From Snowella sp. (lineage in GTDB: Bacteria; Cyanobacteriota; Cyanobacteriia; Cyanobacteriales; Microcystaceae), in NCBI GenBank assembly GCA_035285545.1, contig JAYKGY010000120.1:1-26840 (forward strand): 26,840 bases of DNA, written 5' to 3'. Made by a program: the position numbers and the translations under genes. Under the pieces are notes generated by a model. It searched no databases and was not told the DNA's origin. It saw nothing but the letters and a program-made list of their open reading frames with translations. Positions 19,495-26,840 of the stretch are shown here, piece by piece. The stretch's first letter is position 1. Every line of letters begins with the position of its first letter.

Positions 19495-21570
19495 ATGTCT
19501 TCGATTCGGCTCTTAATTATTACATCTTGCACAGGTGAAAAAAAGTTCAACCCTGAAGGTTCTTTAACATTAGAGGATTTTCAAAATAAAGAGCGTTTAA
19601 TTATTAGAACTAAACAATTAGAAGGCTATTCTTCTCCTGCTGGTTTACTCTATACAGGTTCACAACATCTGCATGTCTTATCTGGAGTAAAAACTTTACG
19701 AGAGGTGTTTGGGCAAGAGAACGTTGATTTGATGATTCTTTCGGCAGGTTATGGGTTAATTAGTGAAGATAAAATGATTGTGCCCTATGAGGTGACATTC
19801 AATAATTTGAAGTCGGGAGAACTAGATAAATGGGCTAAAGTTCTCAATATTCGAGATGATTTTGAAAAGGCGATCGTCAATTATGATTTAGTTTTTATTC
19901 TGTTGGGAGAACGTTATTTACGGTCATTAGCTTTGCCAGTTGTCACTAATCCTGAACAAACTTTGATCTTTTTAGCATCTGGAAAGAGCGATCGATATAT
20001 CCCTCCTTTATCGGCTAAGATTTTTAAGATACTTTTGAGCAATGATGAGGCTCGGCAATTTAGTTTTCCCTTAGTAGGATTAAAGGGATATTTGTTAGAG
20101 AGGTTTACTCAAAATATTAAAGAATTACCGCAATATTTAGAAAAAGTTTATCGTTATCCTGAATTTTTTAAGTCGGTTATTTATCAAAATCCTGAACCTT
20201 TACAATTGAGTTTGCCTATCCAAGTAGCGGAAGTCCCTAAAAAAATTAGCCCATCTAAATCGGTTAAGTTACCTTTAGATCTCACACAAATTGAAAAAGC
20301 GGCTAATAGTCATTATAGTCTTCAATATTATATTCCTGAATATGATGATTTAGTAGATCCAAAATATGACTTTTTAACGGATAGCTACGATAAAAATCGG
20401 GATGGCTATTTTGATCAAGTTTATGCCCACGAGATTTACGGTTCGCCTAACTATGACGGTGTTTTAATTTCTAAAGTTGTTATTGAGGGCAAAACGAAGA
20501 AAAAGGCTTTAATGCGGGAAATGGGGGTAGGTAATTATGTAAGATTTCCTCGAAAAAATATTATGGGAGATTGTGGAGCATTTGGATATATTTCTGAAGA
20601 GGTTCCTCCTTATAAAACAGAAGATATTTTAGAATTTTATGATCAATTAGGGTTCGATTATGGGGTGAGTATTGATCATTTAATTGTCGGCCCTTTTGCC
20701 CAACCTGGAGTTAGAGAACAACGATATGAGTTGACGATGAAAAATGCTGAGGATTTTTTAAGGTTACATCGGGAAAGAGGCTATCAATTTACACCAATTG
20801 GTGCAGTGCAGGGATGGTCGCCTGAGTCTTATGCAGAGGCAGTTAAGGAATATATCAAGATGGGTTACGACTATATTGGTTTAGGCGGAATGGTTCGTTC
20901 TTCCAATGAGGTGATTTTTGAGGTTTTGAAAGCAGTTTCTCCTCATTTAACAAGTCAAACGCGGGTACATTTATTTGGGGTAGCGCGATTGGAATCGGTT
21001 GAAGCTTTTCATCATTTAGGGGTAACAAGTATGGATTCAGCCAGTCCATTACGAAAGGCTTGGTTGGGTTCGGTGGGAGCGGCGGTGAATTATCATACTT
21101 TATCGGGAAAAAAATATACGGCGATTCGGGTTCCGCCTGTAAATCGGTATGGTAGAAAAGCCCAAAAGGTGATTGCTTCAGGCGTAGTGACAGAGGAGAC
21201 GTTAAAAATTTTAGAACGGCAAGCTTTACAAGCATTACGGGATTTTGATGCGGGTCAATTAACTATAGAAGCGGTGTTAGATGCGGTACTGGAATATGAT
21301 GAGCTTCTGGATAGTGACAGTTCAGACGAGCAAGATAATGTGTTAGTGGCACACATAAAGCGGCGGAATTTGCAGCGGCATTTATACCAAGACCTTTTGG
21401 AGGATCGTCCTTGGCGGCAGTGTGATTGTCAGATTTGTCAAGAAATTGGGATTGATGTAGTGATTTTCAGGAATAGTAATCGCAATAGAAGGCGAGGTTT
21501 TCATAATACTTATGTGTTTTATAAAAGGTTCAAAAGTCTTTTTTCCGTTGCAGATTTGACTGGGATTTAG
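19495..21570 (+). CDS. dpdA: Fusion of a YaaA/DUF6884-like (DpdC-like) N-terminal domain to the 7-deazaguanine DNA transglycosylase DpdA (TgtA5)
   Basis: N-terminal domain: IITSCTGEKK, PAGLLYTG and ILSAGYGLI......PYEVTF. From ~20320: YYIPEYDDLVDP.YDF, YAHEIY..PNYDGVLISK, MGDCGAFGY, GVSIDH, GAVQG, GLGG, HLFG, DSAS and zinc site CDCQIC...RRGFHN. Start ATG 19495 (or TTG 19480). Confidence 0.88.
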   Translation: MSSIRLLIITSCTGEKKFNPEGSLTLEDFQNKERLIIRTKQLEGYSSPAGLLYTGSQHLHVLSGVKTLREVFGQENVDLMILSAGYGLISEDKMIVPYEVTFNNLKSGELDKWAKVLNIRDDFEKAIVNYDLVFILLGERYLRSLALPVVTNPEQTLIFLASGKSDRYIPPLSAKIFKILLSNDEARQFSFPLVGLKGYLLERFTQNIKELPQYLEKVYRYPEFFKSVIYQNPEPLQLSLPIQVAEVPKKISPSKSVKLPLDLTQIEKAANSHYSLQYYIPEYDDLVDPKYDFLTDSYDKNRDGYFDQVYAHEIYGSPNYDGVLISKVVIEGKTKKKALMREMGVGNYVRFPRKNIMGDCGAFGYISEEVPPYKTEDILEFYDQLGFDYGVSIDHLIVGPFAQPGVREQRYELTMKNAEDFLRLHRERGYQFTPIGAVQGWSPESYAEAVKEYIKMGYDYIGLGGMVRSSNEVIFEVLKAVSPHLTSQTRVHLFGVARLESVEAFHHLGVTSMDSASPLRKAWLGSVGAAVNYHTLSGKKYTAIRVPPVNRYGRKAQKVIASGVVTEETLKILERQALQALRDFDAGQLTIEAVLDAVLEYDELLDSDSSDEQDNVLVAHIKRRNLQRHLYQDLLEDRPWRQCDCQICQEIGIDVVIFRNSNRNRRRGFHNTYVFYKRFKSLFSVADLTGI

Positions 21571-21589
21571 TTCACCCTAACTGTACTAG

Positions 21590-23743
21590 TTACTGATTTT
21601 TAAAGCACTCAACAATAGAGCGTATAATTCCACTTTTCCCTCGACAGTTTAAAAATAAAACTTCACCCTTTAAAGCATGATTGCGTTTTAAATCTGAAAT
21701 AATATTCGTTAAATCATGACCAATATAACCTGTAATTACGGCAATTAGATCAGAATTTTGTATTTTTTCTTGCACCGTATTTTGATTAATATATGCTTCA
21801 CTAGAAGGGGGAACTTCTATAGCACTTTGCAAAGCATAATTTTCTTTTAATTCTTGAATAACGGCTCGTCTTGTTGTTGAATGACCCCCAACTAAAGCAA
21901 GACTAATGGATGATAATGATAAAGTTTCTTCAGTTATTTTTTGGTCTGGGACAAGTTCTATTGTGAGAGTCTGGGCATTTTGTCGTTGCTCAAGACGATA
22001 ATTTAAAACTTCTTGGAGTAAATCTTGGTTAAGTGAAAAGAGCGCACGTTTTAAATCTTCAAAAAAAGAATCTTCAAGTTTAGCTGACCGAATTGAATCA
22101 TCTATTTCAGCAAGAGCAAGGGCCAAATAATCATTTGCTAAAGAGTCTCGTAGTTGAGGAAATTTATTAACATAACTTTCCAGACTTTCAATTAACTCAA
22201 ATTGTTGCTGGCGACTTATTTTTTTTCCTTGAATTAAAGTCTTAAGCGCCAATAATTCTTGTTGGAGTTGTTCAACTTTTTCTGATTGAGCTAACCAGTC
22301 TAACCAATCAGCAGAAGCATTCAGTAATTTGTCAGTTTCTGCGATAGATTTCCACAACGCTAGTCTTTCTTTTAAAATTTCCTGAAGCGGAGCAAAATTC
22401 AGCAGTTCTGTAGGTTCAAAGTTTAAACAACGCTCATAATAAGCAACAATTTGACGGTCTGATAAATCACCAAATCCCCATTGATTAGCAATTTTAGCAA
22501 TATTGGCATAATCTTCTAAGGTCAATTGCTCTTCTGCTATTTCTTGTAATATTTGATAAATTTGTCCTGACTGTTGAATTCCATCGTTTTCTGCCCATAA
22601 TCTAGCTAAAGGGAAGAGAATCTGAGGTTTATTTTCTCCTTGTTGCCATGCTGTGCTTAAGTATTCTAATGCCGTTGCTTGATTTCCTGTATAATAAAGT
22701 GCTGACCCTAGATTTCCCGAAAGCGTGGGGGAAAGCTCATCCATTGATTCTGTTAATAGGTTTAAAACTTCTTGATACTGTTTATTCGCTAAGAGCAAAG
22801 AAGTATAAATTTCTTGAATTTTATCTGTTTTGTTAGGAATAGATTGATAAATTTTTAAGGCTTCTGGAATATTATTAATGGCGGTATAAGTTTCGGCTAA
22901 AGCTAATAAAATATTAGTGGCTTTGGGATAATCATTATTTAAAGATTTCAGTTTAGCAATTCGTTCATCGGGTTCAATTTCGAGTAACTCAGCGAGTTGT
23001 TCATTTAAGGATTTTCCTGTAGATTGTGGTGGAGATTCTTGAGAATTAAGGTTTTGATTCAGCAGTTTTCGGACGTTGTTAGCTTGATGAAGTCGCTCTA
23101 ATTCAGGAAGAAATGAGGTGGCTAGTTTTTGCGCTTCCTGCAAGATTTGTAAGGTATTTGTTTGTTGATAATAGTTAAGATGAGCCGAAACTAACTGTTC
23201 TACTAAACGTCCTGATACAGGTAGAGCAAGAACTTCTGAGCGTTTAAGTTTTGTAATTTCAACTATCTGCTCGTATTGTTGAGTTTGATCATAAAGGGCA
23301 ATTAAAGTTCTCAATGCACTACTATCATTATTGTTTATTCGCTTAAATAATGTATGTTCTATATCAGTGGTTTTTCCCGCTTTAATCTCTTCTGATAAAT
23401 AAGAAGAATTCATTTCTTGAGTAGCACAAGTTGAGCGAGGAACCTTTTCATTAAGCTGTTTAACTGCTTGACTAAATTGCTTTTGCCAAGATTTAAAATT
23501 TAGCGTTATTTGAGGATTTAATAAAGTATTTTTTTTTGTTAATATTTGTTCTAAATTTAATTTGCTTGTATTGACATAAAGAAAATAGGAATATTCTGAA
23601 TGTGTAGCAGGCCATAATTTACTGACTGTTAGACCTTCTTGACGCAGAATGAGATAAACTTTTTGAGCTTGAGGCAGATCACATTTAAGGCGGAGTCCCA
23701 CCTGATTTTCTTTTCCTAATTTCGTTTTAATTTCATACTGCAT
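21590..23743 (-). CDS. dpdD: Helical/TPR-like protein with C-terminal DUF2325-like domain; putative DpdD
   Basis: TPR-like helices (LALAETYTAINNIPEALKIYQ; LGSALYYTGNQATALEYL). C-terminal LVGG...SDLIAVITGYIGH...RGKSG is DUF2325-like. Its position directly after dpdK matches the dpdJ-K-D order. Confidence 0.6.
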   Translation of the reverse strand: MQYEIKTKLGKENQVGLRLKCDLPQAQKVYLILRQEGLTVSKLWPATHSEYSYFLYVNTSKLNLEQILTKKNTLLNPQITLNFKSWQKQFSQAVKQLNEKVPRSTCATQEMNSSYLSEEIKAGKTTDIEHTLFKRINNNDSSALRTLIALYDQTQQYEQIVEITKLKRSEVLALPVSGRLVEQLVSAHLNYYQQTNTLQILQEAQKLATSFLPELERLHQANNVRKLLNQNLNSQESPPQSTGKSLNEQLAELLEIEPDERIAKLKSLNNDYPKATNILLALAETYTAINNIPEALKIYQSIPNKTDKIQEIYTSLLLANKQYQEVLNLLTESMDELSPTLSGNLGSALYYTGNQATALEYLSTAWQQGENKPQILFPLARLWAENDGIQQSGQIYQILQEIAEEQLTLEDYANIAKIANQWGFGDLSDRQIVAYYERCLNFEPTELLNFAPLQEILKERLALWKSIAETDKLLNASADWLDWLAQSEKVEQLQQELLALKTLIQGKKISRQQQFELIESLESYVNKFPQLRDSLANDYLALALAEIDDSIRSAKLEDSFFEDLKRALFSLNQDLLQEVLNYRLEQRQNAQTLTIELVPDQKITEETLSLSSISLALVGGHSTTRRAVIQELKENYALQSAIEVPPSSEAYINQNTVQEKIQNSDLIAVITGYIGHDLTNIISDLKRNHALKGEVLFLNCRGKSGIIRSIVECFKNQ

Positions 23744-24255
23744 TACAGTGACTCTCCTTGTTCAAAATAGGCTTTTGCTTTTTGCTGTAACTCGCATTGA
23801 TGACGTTCATCATGGTAATAAGTAAAGAATTCAATATTTTTATTTAATCCCCCATTAGTCATATTAAAAGAGCCATCAATTGCCCCACAACGACCAACAT
23901 AAAGTTTAGTATGTAAATTGGCGAGTTTACGCACCTTGATGCGTTGATTTTGTTGTTGGAGTTGTTGTAAAGCGGAATAGTAGCGGGTGTCTTCGCCAAC
24001 GACTATCTTAATATCAATTCCATTCGCCCCCATTTGATGAAGAATATCAAATAAATGGAGGGAATCTTGTCTTGTTTCTACAATTTCTTGAAAGGAAACA
24101 TAATAAGGATGTTCAAGATTAAAGTTGGTTACCCAAGGCGCAATAATCCAAAAAGTATGATGATCTCCTAATTGAGAAGCTAAAACTTCATTCAGGAGAA
24201 AATTGTAAAGCATTGCTTGACCACTAGGTTGCAATTTAGTTGATTGTTTTGCCAT
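23743..24255 (-). CDS. dpdK: Phospholipase D-family nuclease DpdK
   Basis: WIIAPWVTN and LHTKLYVG....GSFNMT.GG...NIE (single HxK/GSxN motif). The stop overlaps the next ATG (TAATG). Start ATG 24255 (ORF extends to 24267). Confidence 0.75.
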   Translation of the reverse strand: MAKQSTKLQPSGQAMLYNFLLNEVLASQLGDHHTFWIIAPWVTNFNLEHPYYVSFQEIVETRQDSLHLFDILHQMGANGIDIKIVVGEDTRYYSALQQLQQQNQRIKVRKLANLHTKLYVGRCGAIDGSFNMTNGGLNKNIEFFTYYHDERHQCELQQKAKAYFEQGESL

Positions 24256-24286
24256 ATAGCTACTCAAGTTACCAATATGAATTTAG

Positions 24287-26716
24287 TTACTGAATTGGAC
24301 GAATGGTAACTTCAATAACAGGAAGTTTAGTCAGCCTCAAATCATTAGAATAAATGGTTTGAATATTCGTAATCATGGGATAAACCATGCCCACATCTGT
24401 ATCAATTCCTGCATCAGTGAGATAGCTAATGGTAGAACATAAATTTTGTAAAGAATCACTCTTGACTCGGAGATAAATCACCTGACAACCCTCCTCTAAC
24501 ATCTGTCTCATTTGCTCACAAATAGAAGCCTGCTCTTGACTGTCTGCGACTTCCAAGGTTTGATGGGTACGCATCTGATTTAACCATTCAGTCAGTAAAG
24601 GACGATTCAAAAGATTTCGACTCAACCCCGGTGATTCAATATCACTGCTACGATCATCCAGACAATTTGAACAACAAGTACGACAATTTAATAGCATTCG
24701 GCGTTCTACAGCGGATTCAAAGGTTTTTCTGGCTTCTTCCCCTGTCGTACCATACTCATCTTCGTAAAGCTTGAGTAAACGCTCTGATTCAGGAAAAGGC
24801 GTGGTTTGCTGTTTTCTGGCATTAATAATCTTACGGTATAGCATTGCTCGTGCTTCAGTGAAGGAGGGATCTCGTCCTAATTGATCTGCACAGTCGGGTA
24901 GAAACTGATGGTTAATTTCTTGGAAAATGCGCCAATTAACTAATGGTTGGCCGTCAATTACTTGAGTATAATCAGGAATAAAGACTCGTAGCAACGATTT
25001 TAACTGAATTTGACGCACAGGAACGCCCAGTTGACGACGAACTTCAGCCAGTAAACGACCAATGGCTAGTTGGCGATCGCCTGAATTGGACGCAGTGGTA
25101 ATATTCTGTACCCAGTTTTCACACTCTCTAAGCCAATTTTCGGGCTGTGCGAGCAAATGACGAAGAAATGCTTCTTCCTGCGCGGTTGAGCAACGACTCA
25201 TTTTTTCGGCTAATATTGTCCAAAATTTGTCAGGTTGTTGTCGAATAAGGTCATGGGTTGCCCTCATCACGCCGATTCCGCCCATACCGATTTCATATAA
25301 CCAAATGCGGTCTGATGCTCGGTCTGGAAAATCAGCGTTTAATTCTGTCCAAGCAGACACATAATTAAGAGCTTCAACACCGGCTACTTCTTGAGCAACT
25401 TGTTTTAACGCTTGGGTAATACCGTATTGAAAACTATCCCGTAAATGCTGTTGATAGGGTTTTCTTTCTGTTTTGAATGCTTCATAGATTTCTAAAAATT
25501 CCGAGATGTAATTCTTCCCACTGGATGCTAATTTTCTCACTTGTTCTTGTTTTTTACGAGACAATTGATGAATTCCATTGATAGAAGCCGTCAATAATTT
25601 TTCAAATTGGTTATTTCCTTTAATAAACCAATCTCGTAATCCTTCTATTGTCCCTTGATTTTGGTTTAGCCAACTATCTGCCATTGTTAATAATACTTTA
25701 ATGAAGTTTTCTGCGGCAAAATAATTTTCCTGATAGTCAATGGTTAGAAGATTAATAAAATAGTGTTGGATTCCTTGAGATTGCAAATTGGCTAAGGTAG
25801 AAGAGGAGATAACAAAGTTATTAAATCTATCTGTTTTTAGGTTAAAAGAAATGCCATCAGTCGTTAAGTTATAACCTAATGCACAATTTTGAATTTCGTC
25901 TTCTTTGGCTTGAAAGCCTCCTACACCTCTAATTTCATCGATTTTTGAATTATGGAATTTAATTGTATATTCACTTCCTAAAATAATCCGTTGTATCTTC
26001 AGCATATTAAGATTAGTCGGTTCATCACTGTAAAAAACAATTTGCTGTATTAAAGCCTTGCCGATGGGGTCTATTTGAAGAATAGAATGTTGTTCATTAA
26101 AGGTATAATTGGGACTAGAATCTCGGCGTACTGGGTTGGGAAAAACCGCATTAATAGAAATAGCTGAACTAGAATGGGCTAATTGATGGCTATCTTGAGG
26201 GGCATTATAAGAATCCCTTTCTTCAACTAAATCTTCTGTGTCTGGATTACAATACCAATAGGATGAATTATGATCTCGACTAAATTGTTTTGGATTAATG
26301 GCGGTTGGACGATAAACTTCTATTTCATGGGAACTTTGAGGGGCTATATCAACTTTTTTCAAGGCTCTTTCTGGTAAGTTAACGGTGTTAATTGAGCCAT
26401 CTAAACGCTCGAATTGATAATACTGAGCAAGAGAAATTAATGTTAATTGATCTTCTGAGATTTCAGGGGGAATCCAAGTTGCTCCTTCGCCCCCTCGGAA
26501 GGTAACATTACCGGGAATTGTCTCAGTAATGGCTAAACTAATACTTTCTGAACTCGGCTGTTTATTAAAAAACGTATTATCAGGGCGGTAATCTACTCTA
26601 ACTTCAGGTAAATTAATATCTGAAAATAAATTTTCTGGTAAGTATTGACGAAGAAGTTGACGAGCTTCTACATAAGAACTATTCTCTTTTTCAAATTTTG
26701 CATAGACTTCTTTCAT
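24287..26716 (-). pseudogene. dpdJ: C-terminal part of a DpdJ-like DEAD/DEAH helicase, 5' portion removed by IS insertion or contig end
   Basis: No Walker A or DEAH motif in the 809 aa. Contains DUF1998-like IWLYEIGMGGIG and CRTCCSNCL. The frame stays open (TTA ATG AAA) up to the IS target triplet at 26717-26719. Lies upstream of dpdK. Confidence 0.7.
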
Positions 26717-26719
26717 TAA

Positions 26720-26840
26720 GAACCTATCCGAAAAATGTGAGAAGTTTGCGGCCGATGATCAAACAAGCAGCAATCTGAATAAAGCCCAAGTAGGATTGAG
26801 AAGATTTGGCCCATCGAATAAGGATGCCTCGGAAACGATT
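26720..26840 (-). mobile_element. Right end of a second copy of the same IS5-family element (transposase C-terminus 26724-26840), with TAA target site at 26717-26719
   Basis: Exact reverse complement of bases 1-121. Confidence 0.85.

Noticed and set aside
20855..21235. 126-aa ORF antisense to dpdA
   Set aside because: Lies wholly within a well-supported gene and has no recognisable motifs.
19495..21570. Housekeeping queuine tRNA-ribosyltransferase (tgt)
   Set aside because: The motifs are DpdA-type (GDCGAF, YAHE, RRGFHN) rather than TDSGGFQ, and the neighbours are a helicase remnant and a PLD nuclease.
23743..26716. DISARM drmB/drmC interpretation
   Set aside because: DUF1998-like plus PLD genes also fit DISARM, but the adjacent dpdA and DUF2325-tailed gene favour Dpd, and no methyltransferase is visible. 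Not fully excluded without HMMs.
1..26840. Composite transposon or linear replicon with terminal inverted repeats
   Set aside because: The cargo is core chromosomal genes, and the repeats encode a truncated transposase C-terminus. Contig breakage at IS copies is more parsimonious.

Overview
Cyanobacterial chromosomal contig. About 28 HIP1 octamers (GCGATCGC, hand count) lie in the first 18 kb, and the proteins resemble those of unicellular Synechocystis/Chroococcales-type strains. Both ends carry the same 121-bp right end of an IS5-family element, in inverted orientation and each flanked by TAA, so this is probably an assembly contig broken at IS copies. Bases ~160-19470 hold core and signalling genes: bvdR, Uma2, ureE, DUF4168, rsmH, glycerate kinase, MBL hydrolase, ssb, GMPP-PMM fusion, yebC, sigF, BI-1, a small secreted Cys peptide, CHASE2-GGDEF-EAL, DUF928, PGM/PMM and REC-HD-GYP. 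Bases ~19480-26716 form an AT-rich, HIP1-poor island encoding part of a Dpd (7-deazaguanine DNA modification/restriction) system in a non-standard form. It has a single-ORF fusion of a YaaA/DpdC-like domain to the DNA transglycosylase DpdA, sitting directly behind the HD-GYP regulator with no adjacent dpdB. This converges on a dpdJ-dpdK-dpdD-like operon whose helicase gene is cut by the IS. All family calls come from motif recognition by eye; no database search was run.
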